From: a bacterium
GTDB lineage: Bacteria > Electryoneota > Electryoneia > Electryoneales > Electryoneaceae
Length of the DNA: 64,000 bases
Assembly: GCA_019912845.1 (NCBI GenBank)
Contig: JAIOHU010000194.1
Coordinates: forward strand, 38,603-102,602
Reading direction: 5' to 3'
Part shown: in pieces, positions 18,801 through 28,657 of the stretch
Numbering within the stretch: the stretch's first letter is position 1
How the letters are laid out: every line of letters begins with the position of its first letter
Position numbers and translations under genes: made by a program
The notes under the pieces: generated by a model
Told to the model about the DNA's origin: nothing
Databases searched by the model: none
The model's input: the letters and a program-made list of their open reading frames with translations, nothing else

Positions 18801-19151
18801 CGAAATCACCTCGAAATTTTCGACTGTTCAAACGCTATGATTGAGAACATTGCACCAAACATTGATGAAATAAGTTTACCACATGATTTTTTTGTCAGCA
18901 ATGCTTACCCAAATCCTTTTAACAGTACAGTAACTGTTACTGTTGGATTGTCCGAAAACGGAATGATTACGTTACGTCTTTTTAATATCCTTGGACAGGT
19001 AAAGTTTGAATCAACACAGAGATTCAACGCTGGATATCATCGTTTGAGTCTTGACGATGAACAGACTTTTGACGTTGTGAGTGGGATCTATTTCCTGCAG
19101 GTGCAGGTTGGTGGAGTGAACGAAGTGCAGAAGGTGATTTTGTTGAGGTAG
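15834..19151 (+). CDS. T9SS cargo protein: two LVIVD-repeat beta-propellers separated by a CarboxypepD_reg-like domain, T9SS C-terminal sorting domain
   Basis: Signal peptide, then ~20 repeats of the LVIVD motif (GLRVIDISDPENPVEVG). A CarbopepD_reg-like segment (SGIVIDEETSEVISGAVVSF...ENGEYNF). C-terminal domain YPNPFNSTVTVTV...IYFLQVQVGG...KVILLR. The first ATG after the long leader is 15834. Confidence 0.8.
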   Translation: MNRIKRIFTVICILLSFGSSMAQDSLNISMLGSLYNNWDLSADLFIVDTLVFIATTGSGLRILDIRNPGSLNELGFCYTPSNAYDVAVAGEYAYIADGSEGLCVVNVSDLENPVVVGSFDEPEWVEGVAVHGGYAYLTDFYQGMWIVDISDPQNPFQVSYIISPDHSQDIAVVEDYAYVAIWDEGLWIVDISDPENPEEVATLRTRDSARDVTVFDGFAYIADNEAGLFIADVTDPENPIEVGSYDTHGRTRGVAVTENYSFIADSRGMRVIDITQLENPLEVGFYDSMSRTTSLVISDWIAFISDEVGGLRVVNVHDPEQPIEIGSYDTPAWAREVVVQGEYAFIAHDEGGLRVVDIRNGENLFEAAFLTFRRPAMNIDLQGDYVYVGTSDWEREEGGLRIVDISNPVAPDETAFFDLEEVVSDLAVSEGIAFVATNETDLHILDVSDPENPSEISQLYLQGNASSVAVEGNFAYVVAAGLRVVDVGDIQNPVEVGFYNPVGNNIRHVAVSGDIAYIAERGLKVLDVSNPENLVEIGAFNAPGSIRNITVVDSYVFVAYSWKLSTSGGCLRVIDVSDPTHPEQTGFYKTPGIANNVCAVNQFAYVADSYHFEVYDCSYAIDWPDTASVSGIVIDEETSEVISGAVVSFDEHQTSTNENGEYNFTLLSPDNYSVDAYALDYEPFHAGRVQLESGENTYNFSMRKNESLNIEILSMIESHYYNEAVAIEGDFAYVADQDSGLRVIDVSDPQFPREIGFFPANDAFRGVVVSNGYAYLADHGAGFRIADVSDPEIPVAAGSLATPNRANKVVVEGDYAYIANTYDGLRIVNVSDAANPVEIGVCNTPDCALDVVVGEGFAYIADYNEGLRVIDIHDPAIPVEIGYFTTDDECAICVTVDGNYAYVGYGMDGLRVLDIRNPANPVEISHYQTPGRVYCIKVVENFAFIADFYDGLRVLDISDPTNIAETGFYNTPGTAQWVEIEGNLAYVADRNHLEIFDCSNAMIENIAPNIDEISLPHDFFVSNAYPNPFNSTVTVTVGLSENGMITLRLFNILGQVKFESTQRFNAGYHRLSLDDEQTFDVVSGIYFLQVQVGGVNEVQKVILLR

Positions 19152-19383
19152 GGTAAAAGCTGGCTCGGGGCTTTGGGCTTCTGGCTTTTAGAAGACTTTA
19201 ACACCCTTCTCAACATCAACTACATCAGTGCTGGCGCACTGAGTCTTGTCTGGTTCCCCGCCTACGCGGGGATGACGAGGCGGACAAGGCTTTGGGCTAT
19301 TGGCTTCGGTTCCGCACGCAACTTCTTCAGATGTCGCAGAACGAAGAGTAACTGGGAGGCACGATGTAAACGGAAAAAATTGC

Positions 19384-19600
19384 TTCCTGGATCCCGGCCC
19401 AACTCATCACCGGGATGACGCGGGGTGTGATGCCACACTGGAATAGATCGGCTTAGAATTTCAAGGGAATTATTAGACTTGGGATAAATCCCAAGCCAGA
19501 ATAAATGCCAAACTGGAGTGTGGCGCTCCAGGGCGGGGTGGTGTAGTCTTCTGCTCCCCGGGTTCCGCTGCGCTACACCACAGGGCTACACCAATCTCCC
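19384..19600. repeat. Intergenic repeat cluster: module A stem-loop, module B hairpin, module C, inverted module D
   Basis: Module A (19384-19440) recurs at 30061, 40090 and 48871. Modules B and C (19449-19531) recur at 48759-48946. 19552-19600 is the reverse complement of module D. Confidence 0.6.
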
Positions 19601-19777
19601 CGAGGCATAAAGTATGTAAACTTGAAATTATAGTCCATTTACTTGCTGTTACATTGATATTGTTCTAAATTGTACTCTAATGTGTCAGCGAAATACCTGG
19701 GGGTTGATTAAGGCTGTCAGTAATACTCCCTGCCCCGTTTTCGTTCATTTGGATACCTTACGGAATTGGAGTCCATC

Positions 19778-21919
19778 ATGATCTATCCTACTCGAAAAAT
19801 CCTGTTTACCATCTTCTGCCTCACTTCCCTTCTTATAAGTTCAACACTGCTTTTCGCACAGGAAGGCATAGAGCTGTTGTCAACCATTGAGAATGAATCG
19901 TGGGAACGTGTCTGGGATGTTACCTACGAGGACAATTTGCTGTATGTATGTGCCGCATCGGAAGGTATGTTTATTTATAATGTTGAGGATCTGGAAAACC
20001 CCGAATTATTGGGTGAGTTCACCACCGGAGCGACAATGAGGCAGGTGACAATCAAATCTGAATATGCCTATATCGCTGCCGCCAGTCAGGGGATGTATGT
20101 TGTGGATATCAGCACACCCACCAATCCCGTGTTGCGTTCTCAACTTGAAATCGACGAATTCACCTGGACAATTGATGTTCATGGCAACATGGCGTATGCC
20201 ACCGAGTTCGGTGATATCTATGCGATTGATATTTCCGACCCGGACGACCCGGAAATTCTATCTGTCATTGATGCACGTTGCTGTCAGAGGAAGGCACTGA
20301 TCAGGGATGGAATCTCTTACTCGCCATCCGAAAATTGGGGTTTCCAAACCATTGATGTTTCCGACATTTTCAATCCTGTTCAACTGGACATGGAACGTGA
20401 GTACAGTGGGACAGCGTATGATGTAGCGTTGCAGGGGGACTATGCTTATGTCGCATATGCACGACAAGGCATTCTCGTGTACGACATTTCCGATCCGTCA
20501 GATATCTTTGTCGCCGGACGAACCTGGGAATATAACAACATTTTCGGGATAGATGTTCAGGATGGGTATGCTTACTTTACCAATAGTTCAAATGGTATAT
20601 CTGTGCTGGATATCAGCAATCCTGTTGATCCTGCACCAGTCGGATCACATGATGTTGAGGGTGTAATATACGGACTCGCCATAAATCCACCCTATGCATT
20701 CATACCTGCAGGAAACACTGTATCAATCTTTGATTGTTCGGAAGCGATCGGTTATGATGACCAGGAAGAGGTAAACATCCCTCTTGCAACAAATCGTTAC
20801 GAACTGGTTTCCATGCCTCGTCTCCCCTTAGACCTCTTCGCAATCAACTTGTTCGAAGATATCCCCCATCTTGCTATCGTACAAAACGAGCAGGGGCAGG
20901 TTCATATACCTGACCTGATCGACGCCGATTGGATGGTGAATCCTACCGAAGCCTACATGATTTATACAAGCGAAGAGAGCGAATGGGTCTATACAGGTAC
21001 AACCATCCGTGCCGACCATGAGTTCAACCTCCAACCTGATACCTGGAATTGGATTGGCTATCCCTTCACTGACGAAATGCTGGTAGAACAAGCGATGGAA
21101 CCGATTTATGATGAGCTGGAAATTATTCTCAATGATGACGGTGAGATTTTCATTCCTGATCCGGATTTTAACATCAACACCATGGGGAATATGACACCCG
21201 GCGAAGGTTATCGTGTCTTTGTAAATGAGGAAGTCGACCTGGAGTATCCAGAGGAACTCGAACGTGCCGGAGCTTTTACAACGGAAAAATGGAATATCCC
21301 TGAAATTGAAGATACTCCTCATGCGACAGGTTTGCCCTGGGTTGTCCTGGTGACGCTGGACGAAAGTATGAAACAGCAGGCAGCGGTTATCGAACTCTAT
21401 GACGGCAACGTTTTGGTCGGCAGAGCTGCTGTGCTCGAAGACAAACCGGTCACGCCGGTAACAGCATGGCAGGCGATCCCGGAGCATGATATTCCAGGCT
21501 TTTTCCCCGGAAATCCGATCAGTGTGAAAGTGTTGGATGAAAGCGGTGAAGTCGTTGGTGAATCAGGGAGTGCAAACGTCAGCTCATCAGCTTTTGGTAA
21601 AGGTCCTTATGCTGAAATCACGGTATCTGCAATCGAGAATGAATCTGAACTCCCACTCGAACTTTCCATGGGCAAAGCCTATCCGAACCCGTTTAATCCG
21701 TCGATCACTGTTCCATTTACCCTGCCGGAAAAAATGGAAGTCAGTTTGAGTTTATACAATATCGTTGGGCAGCTGGTAGCGGAATTGAACCAGGGAGTGC
21801 TGGATCGAGGTCACCATGAATTGGTCTTCGAAGCTGTGAACCAGACTTCCGGTGTCTATTTCCTCGTCTTGAAAGCTGGCGAACATCACGCCATGCAGAA
21901 GGTGATTTTGTTGAAGTAG
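19778..21919 (+). CDS. T9SS cargo protein: N-terminal LVIVD beta-propeller, non-propeller C-terminal half, T9SS C-terminal domain
   Basis: Signal peptide plus LVIVD repeats, then a domain shared with the C-terminal half of the 51153-54188 protein. C-terminal domain AYPNPFNPSITVPFTLPEKM...VYFLVLKAGEHHAMQKVILLK. ATG at 19778; the listed ORF uses an upstream TTG at 19766. Confidence 0.8.
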   Translation: MIYPTRKILFTIFCLTSLLISSTLLFAQEGIELLSTIENESWERVWDVTYEDNLLYVCAASEGMFIYNVEDLENPELLGEFTTGATMRQVTIKSEYAYIAAASQGMYVVDISTPTNPVLRSQLEIDEFTWTIDVHGNMAYATEFGDIYAIDISDPDDPEILSVIDARCCQRKALIRDGISYSPSENWGFQTIDVSDIFNPVQLDMEREYSGTAYDVALQGDYAYVAYARQGILVYDISDPSDIFVAGRTWEYNNIFGIDVQDGYAYFTNSSNGISVLDISNPVDPAPVGSHDVEGVIYGLAINPPYAFIPAGNTVSIFDCSEAIGYDDQEEVNIPLATNRYELVSMPRLPLDLFAINLFEDIPHLAIVQNEQGQVHIPDLIDADWMVNPTEAYMIYTSEESEWVYTGTTIRADHEFNLQPDTWNWIGYPFTDEMLVEQAMEPIYDELEIILNDDGEIFIPDPDFNINTMGNMTPGEGYRVFVNEEVDLEYPEELERAGAFTTEKWNIPEIEDTPHATGLPWVVLVTLDESMKQQAAVIELYDGNVLVGRAAVLEDKPVTPVTAWQAIPEHDIPGFFPGNPISVKVLDESGEVVGESGSANVSSSAFGKGPYAEITVSAIENESELPLELSMGKAYPNPFNPSITVPFTLPEKMEVSLSLYNIVGQLVAELNQGVLDRGHHELVFEAVNQTSGVYFLVLKAGEHHAMQKVILLK

Positions 21920-22031
21920 ATCTGGCTATGAGACAAGTTTATGTGTTTTCATGAAGAAATTGCTTATATGTTAGTTAAGCATTTCTGAATGTAATTTTAA
22001 CACAAAATGTAAAGATAAGGCAGAAGGTATA

Positions 22032-24200
22032 ATGAAAAGAATGATGGTTACTTTGACAATTATAGTGTGCCTAAGTTCGATAGGTTCCGCTTATTCTCAG
22101 GATAGTCTTAATGTCAACATGGTTAAGCAATATTACAGCAACTGGGATTATGCCAGTGATATTGCCGTATCAGGAGAATTTGCATTTGTAACGACATTGA
22201 GAACTGGTTTGAGTGTTCTGGACATTCGCGATCGACACAATCCCGTTGAGGTTGCAAGATGCAGAACAGTTGGTAGGGCTGGAAACATCACTATCCAAGG
22301 TGAACTCGCCTATATTGGCGATTCCCGAGATGGTTGGTTATCAGTTATTGATATAAGTTCACCACAAAATCCACTAGAAATTGGACAATTCCAGTTTGAC
22401 GAACCTATCACAGATGTTGTCATTGAGGGAGACTTTGCTTTTCTCGCCTGTCGCCAAAGTGGTTTGATAGTTGTGGATGTAAGTAATCCAACTGATCCCA
22501 CAATTGTTGATATATACGATACTCCTGGAAATGTCTCTAAAATAGCAATAGCGGGAAATTGTGCGTTTGTGACAGATTCAGATAGCGTACGAATAATCAG
22601 TATTTCTGATGTGATGAATATGGAAGAGTTAGCTGCATTTCCTGCGATACCTTCAGATGTTCATGTCGACAATGGTATCGCCTATGTTTCAGATTGGTCA
22701 GGAGGAATGCATATTATTGATGTAAGCGAACCTGCAAACCCTGTGGAAATGAGTTACTTTATTACTCCACCAAACGCTACGAGCGTTAGTGTTTCAGGAA
22801 ACCTGGTCTATCTTACGCTTGACAATACCGATGTCGATCTCGTGATCATTGATGTTACTGACCCATATAATGCTCTTCAACTTGAAGGTCTTGTAACGAC
22901 AAATAGAACTGAAAATGTTGCTATTGTTGATAATTTTTCCTTTCTAGCTGAAGGGTATGCAGGAATTCAAGTATTTGATGTCACCGAACCTACAGATCCT
23001 TTGCCGGTTGGAGCATATGACCCGTGGGGAAGACTTACAAGAATTGAAAAGAGAGATAGCTTGTTGTTCATTGGAGGGGTAAAAGATACAGACAATACTG
23101 GTGTTTTACGTATCTTGAACATTGGAGATCCAGATCATCCCGTTGAGTTGGGGGAATGCAACCTACCGGGCAGTCCCAAGGAAATTGTGATATCTAATAG
23201 TTACCTATATATAGCTAATGACCATAGCGGACTGTCAGTTATAAACATAGAAGATCTATTAAATCCACAACTAATGGCTTCACTAGGTACAGCACATCGT
23301 GCATATGATGTTTCAATTTTTGAGGGCTGTGCCTACGTTGCAGATTTTGTCGGAGGTTTACGTATTATTGATATTTTAGATCCCTCAAACCCTTCTGAAG
23401 TCACATCCATTGAAACAATCCAAAGCACAAATGCTGTTGAAGTCTTGGACAATATGGCTTACCTAACAGACGAGGATATAGGACTGATTGTTTTTGATAT
23501 AAACGATCCCGAGCATCCGTTGGAAATGGACCGCTATACAAGTCCCCAAAGTGCGACTGATGTAGCAATTTCAAATGGATTTGCGTATGTCGCAAGCGGT
23601 AATCACCTATATATAGTGGACATTAGTGATCCGGAAAATCTTTCTGAAATCTCTATATTTGATAATTCTGGTGAGATAGATGGCGTAACAATTTCAAATG
23701 GATTTGCGTATTTGACGGAAAAAGATGAAGGATATCTTTATATTCTTGATGTACAGGACCCAGCAAATCCAGTTGAGGCTGGCTATTATAACACACCTGG
23801 GGAAGCTTGGGATTTAGTAGTTTCGGATCAAATTGTATTTGTAGCTGACAATAATTACCTGGATGTATTAGACTGTACAGAGGCAATTGAATGGACTGGA
23901 GTTTACGATCAATGGTCATCGCTTCCCTTGGAGGCTATTGTTCAACAAGCATATCCTAATCCATCAAATTCAACAATTACGATACCGTTTGACACTTTCA
24001 ATCCAACACAATTGGAAATCGCAATTTTTAATGTTCTGGGATTACAGGTATTCTCGGCTATTCAAGGATATGGTACCGGACATCATCGATTTGTACTCGA
24101 TTGCAATCAACCTGGACTAAATTTAGTAAGTGGTACATACTTTCTGAAATTCAAAATGAAGGAAAGTACCTTTACCAGGAAGATTACCTTGCTGAAATAG
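22032..24200 (+). CDS. T9SS cargo protein with LVIVD beta-propeller repeats
   Basis: Signal peptide plus QDSLNVNM start, repeated IIDVSxPxNPVE units, C-terminal sorting domain ending TFTRKITLLK. Ribosome-binding site AAGG upstream. Confidence 0.8.
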   Translation: MKRMMVTLTIIVCLSSIGSAYSQDSLNVNMVKQYYSNWDYASDIAVSGEFAFVTTLRTGLSVLDIRDRHNPVEVARCRTVGRAGNITIQGELAYIGDSRDGWLSVIDISSPQNPLEIGQFQFDEPITDVVIEGDFAFLACRQSGLIVVDVSNPTDPTIVDIYDTPGNVSKIAIAGNCAFVTDSDSVRIISISDVMNMEELAAFPAIPSDVHVDNGIAYVSDWSGGMHIIDVSEPANPVEMSYFITPPNATSVSVSGNLVYLTLDNTDVDLVIIDVTDPYNALQLEGLVTTNRTENVAIVDNFSFLAEGYAGIQVFDVTEPTDPLPVGAYDPWGRLTRIEKRDSLLFIGGVKDTDNTGVLRILNIGDPDHPVELGECNLPGSPKEIVISNSYLYIANDHSGLSVINIEDLLNPQLMASLGTAHRAYDVSIFEGCAYVADFVGGLRIIDILDPSNPSEVTSIETIQSTNAVEVLDNMAYLTDEDIGLIVFDINDPEHPLEMDRYTSPQSATDVAISNGFAYVASGNHLYIVDISDPENLSEISIFDNSGEIDGVTISNGFAYLTEKDEGYLYILDVQDPANPVEAGYYNTPGEAWDLVVSDQIVFVADNNYLDVLDCTEAIEWTGVYDQWSSLPLEAIVQQAYPNPSNSTITIPFDTFNPTQLEIAIFNVLGLQVFSAIQGYGTGHHRFVLDCNQPGLNLVSGTYFLKFKMKESTFTRKITLLK

Positions 24201-24500
24201 AACAATAGCACGGAATCTTGTATTCCGAGAAAAAGGTTCCCTGAGTCGACGCAAGCGATCAAATTGAAATTGTATTGGTGAATTAATGTTTCGCTACTAG
24301 AGAGACGATTCCGACAAGTGGACAACCTGAACCACTTCAATCGGCCATCAGAGGTGAAGACAATCCAAATTGATGTGAGAATCTTAAGCTGTTGAGATGT
24401 ATGATTAGGTTCAATCGGAATCGCTCTGAATCTTTTCCCTGGGATGCAAGTTCCCTGGCTACGCTTACTAGAACGAACAGCTACATGATAGTAATAGTTT

Positions 24501-27500
24501 ATGAGGAGATCAGTTTTGAAACTATTCACTGCGTTGTTAATGTCAATAATTCTTTTCTGCACAACAGCCTCTGTTTTTGGTCAAGACAGCTTGAACATAA
24601 ACATTATCTCCAGGCTGGATACTCCTGGATGGGCAAGAAGTATCGCAGTATCAAATGGACATGCCTTCGTTGCAGACAGTGCGAATGGAGTTCGAATTAT
24701 TAATGTTGAAGATAGGACTAACCCATGGCACGTAGGAGTATTTGACCCACTTTCTGAAGCATTTGAAGTGAATGTCTCCGAGGACATTCTCTATGTAACA
24801 ACTCGTTCCGGTGTTCACATACTGAGTTTGGATAATCCCGCAACCCCGGAAGAGATCAGTGTATACGAAAACGGACAATTTGGAACTATTCAAGTTCAAG
24901 ATGGGATTGCCTACCTGTCATATGGTCGGAACCTTAGAATTGTTGATGTGACGGATCCTGAAAATCCAACATTCATTTCTGATTGTGGGGTTGTAGCTTC
25001 TCCCCTTGGAATCGACATTTCAGAGGAATATGCCTATTTGGCGTGCAACAATGATGGTGGACTTAGGATTATTGATATCTCCGACCTCTTTAACCCCGTT
25101 GCGATGGGGTTCTATGATACCATTGGATGGGCGAATGATGTTGCGGTTGATGGTGATATCGCTTGTGTTGCTGATGGACCACGCGGTTTGCATTTGATCG
25201 ACATAAGCAATCCTGATTCTCCCCAATTAATCAGTAGCGTTGATTTGCCTGGCTATTCACGACGCGTTCAGATTATTCAAAATCACGCAATTGTAGCAGC
25301 GAGTGGCGGCGGGTTGCGAATCGTAGATTTCAGTGACCCTGAAGACCCCATGATAACAGGGTTCTACAGAACACCTGGCGGTGCAGAAAGTATATATGCA
25401 AAATCAATACGCTTATGTAGCTGATAATATTTATTTCGATATTTTCGATTGTTCCGATGCACTGCTTGATCCTGGACCTGCAAATGTTTTCGGTGTTGTC
25501 ACAGATAGCATTAATGCGCACCCAATACCAAATGCGACTGTTAGATTTAATCTAAACGAAACAGTTACTGATGAGAATGGAGAATATTCCCTGGTTGATT
25601 TGGAGTTTGGTGAATATAATATCAGGGTATCAGCAAATGGTTATCAAGATTTCATCCAGAACGGAGTATATATTTGGCCGGGCGATAATTTTTTAGACTT
25701 TGATCTACGTTATTCAGATAGTCTCAACATTAATATGTTGTGCCTATTGGATACTCCAGACAATTCACATGCTGTTGCTTTCAGTGATAGTTATGCCTTT
25801 ATCGCATCAGAAGAAGCTGGATTGGTTGTTGTCGATGTAAGTGACCCTGAAAATGCTACTGTCATAAGTACATTCGATACTCCAGATTGGGCAAATGGAA
25901 TTGATGTGGTAGATGGATATGCCTATGTCGCAGATGCAGAATCAGGTTTAAGAATAATAGATGTAACTGACCCTGAAAATCCTGCTGAGATTGGAGTTTA
26001 TAACACACCCGGTTATTGCCACGATGTAATCGTTATAGACAATATTGCTTATGTAGCTGATCGATTTGGTGGGCTCAGAGTTCTTGATGTAAGTGATCCT
26101 GCGCATCCGGTTCAAATTGGTGTTTACAACACAAATGACATGGCACATAGTATTGATTATTCTGATGGTTACGTGTATATCGGAAGCATTTATAGCAGAA
26201 TTCATATTATCAATGTTTCAGATCCCGCAAATCCCCAACAAGTAAGTTCAATTAATATGAACCGAACTGATGATATCACTGTCAGCCAAGGTTTCCTGTA
26301 TGTAGCTGCCAGAAGTGATGGTTTAGTAATATTTGATGTCACGGATCCTGCAAATCCGAGAGAGATGGGAAATTATGATGCGAGCGGTTCAGTCTCTGGT
26401 GTCGAGTATGTTGATGGATACGCATTCTTGACTGCTTCCTGGGCTGGTGGATTCCATGTTGTTAACGTATTCAATCCTGAAAATCCCTATCAGACAGGAT
26501 ATTATGATACCCCGGCACAAGCATTTGATGTGGTCGTTGAGGATAACCTTGCTTATGTAGCTGATTATCATAGTTTCCAAATTTATGATTGCACAGAAGC
26601 TACACCAGAAATATTACCAGCTTCGGTTTCAGGCAGAGTTAGTGATAGCGGAACTGATCAAGGGATTGTGCATGCTGAAGTAAGATTTGGAAATCGATCT
26701 GCATACACTGACCTTGATGGTAATTATCAACTCCACGATTTGGGGTCAGTGAACTATGATGTGAGAATTACTGCAACTGGATATCGTGGTTTTACACAGG
26801 AAAATTTCCAGGTATTGGAGGGTGAAAACGAGTTTAATGCAGTACTGATCTTGGATGACAGTCTAAATGTGAATCGAATTTCAATTTTAGAATCTCCACA
26901 AGTAGCACGAAATGTATTTGGAACAAGTGAACATCTTTTTATTGCAGATAGTATTGATGGACTCAGGATTTTCGATATATCGGATCCTGTGAATCCAAAT
27001 CAAATTGGAGTTACAGAAACTATCACAGGCGCCTGGGATGTTGAATTCATCAATATTACAACATTTGCATTATCCAGTTCCGATGGAATTCATATAATTG
27101 ATCCACAAATTAGGATGTCACCTGTTGAAGTTGGATTTATTGAAACTGCTGGAGACGCCTACGGTATCGAATCAATGGATCATTTCCTTTTAGTCGCCTC
27201 GGGTACAGATGGTTTGCTGATTATTGATGTGGCAGACAGGAATAACCCTGTGGTGGTGGGGTCGATAGAGACTACTGGTTTTGCCTGGGATGTTTCGGTT
27301 CAAGGAAATACCGCTCTGATTGCGGACGGTGCTGATGGAGGTGTCCGTCTGATTAATATTGAAAACCCTGCAGATCCTGTTGAAATAGGGTTTATTGTTA
27401 CTGAGGGATCGGCTCTTGGAATTGTAGTAGATGATGATCTTGCTTATGTCGCCGATGGAATAGCTGGATTGAAGATTATCGATATGAGTAACGTAGAAAT

Positions 27501-28053
27501 GCCAGCAATTATTGCGTCCTATGCTGTACCAGGCATATCAACCAATGTGTTTCTTGAAAATGGAGTTCTCTACCTTGCATCACAGTTTGCCGGTTTACGA
27601 ATTATTGATATAGAGGATCCTGAAAATCTGCATGAGAGCGGATACTACACGACTGAAGGGAATGCATTGGCAGTAGCGGCTCGAGAAGAATTCGCCTATG
27701 TCGCTGCGGGTGAATTTCTCGAAATTTACGATTGTTCCAGCGCGCTTGGCTGGAATCCTGTGCAAAACCGAACTGATCTTGTCCCACCTTCTACAATCGC
27801 TCTGGAGCCAGCCTATCCGAACCCGTTTAATCCGTCGATCACTGTGCCATTTACCCTGCCGGAAAAGATGGATGTACGTTTGAGACTGTACAATATCATC
27901 GGGCAGCAGGTGGCTGAATTAAATCAGGGAGTGCTGGATCGAGGTCACCATGAATTGGTCTTCGAAGCTGTGAACCAGACTTCCGGTGTTTATTTCATCG
28001 TGTTGGAAGCGGGTGAACATCAAGCCATGCAGAAGGTGATACTGCTAAAATAG
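24501..28053 (+). pseudogene. T9SS cargo LVIVD-propeller gene (~1180 aa if joined) interrupted by a +1 frameshift in an A4 run at 25400-25403
   Basis: ORF 24501-25424 (signal peptide plus first propeller) and ORF 25381-28053 (CarbopepD_reg, propeller, CarbopepD_reg, propeller, C-terminal domain) join seamlessly if one A is removed. The joined protein has the paralog pattern TPGxAxx...AYVADxxxxxIFDCSDA. The joined architecture matches the 15834-19151 paralog. Confidence 0.6.
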
Positions 28054-28121
28054 ATCAATATGCCGGATTAAAATAACTCTGTTGGGAATCAAATACTGCC
28101 GATTAATTCAGCGTAAAAATT

Positions 28122-28150
28122 AAGGCGTCGACCAATTTCGACGCCTTAAG
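28122..28150. terminator. Perfect 10 bp inverted repeat (AAGGCGTCGA-ccaattt-TCGACGCCTT) downstream of the frameshifted cargo gene
   Basis: Strong hairpin ~70 nt after the stop at 28053. No U-tract on the + strand (TTTTTAC follows on the minus strand), so the terminator role is tentative. Confidence 0.35.
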
Positions 28151-28657
28151 GGTACTGGAGGGAGAGAATATGCGCTGGTATTCCCTTCGTTGAAGGGAAA
28201 CTCGTAAGATTATATTTTTGTTGAAACCGCTGCTCTGCGTAGGATCAGAAAAACACTTTCCATCACCACTATTCCGATAAGACTAATGAGTAACAGTGCC
28301 ATTTTCTAATCTACCTGTTAATTGTCATTATTCCTGCATTCAATTTCATTTAAGTTATTAGCAACCACTATGCCAAAGTATGTCCAGCTATTCACAGCTT
28401 TGCATAGAACGCTGTTTCTCTGCCTGAACAGGTTACGAACAAAAGGTTTGGCTATTTATTTCGGTAACAATAATGAAAAGCAGAATCTTGAATTTCTTAT
28501 GATTTTCAAAGTTACCTCGGATCGCTCCTGCATTTGACTACTCAGCCACAAATAAAATTGTAGCGGTTTGCTACTGTTTTTATCATTGGAGGAATATCCA
28601 ATTTCTTGTTCCACCTCTCTGGAGATTCTATTTTAAAGGCAAACTTGGAGGAGGAAA

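Noticed and set aside
19173-19418. 81 aa ORF immediately after the first cargo gene
   Set aside because: It is made up of repeat modules A and B, Arg-rich with no start context, and is better explained as intergenic repeat.
20828-21487. 219 aa antisense ORF inside a cargo gene, and similar antisense ORFs at 8490-8978, 32094-32726, 32730-33218 and 35825-36280
   Set aside because: Each is fully embedded in a well-supported sense-strand gene, has a low-complexity or Arg/Cys-rich translation, and has no motif. They are typical shadow ORFs.
24501-25424. Treating 24501-25424 and 25381-28053 as two independent genes
   Set aside because: The first lacks a C-terminal sorting domain and ends mid-repeat. 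The second starts on GTG with no signal peptide. Together they form one paralog-like protein once a single A is removed.
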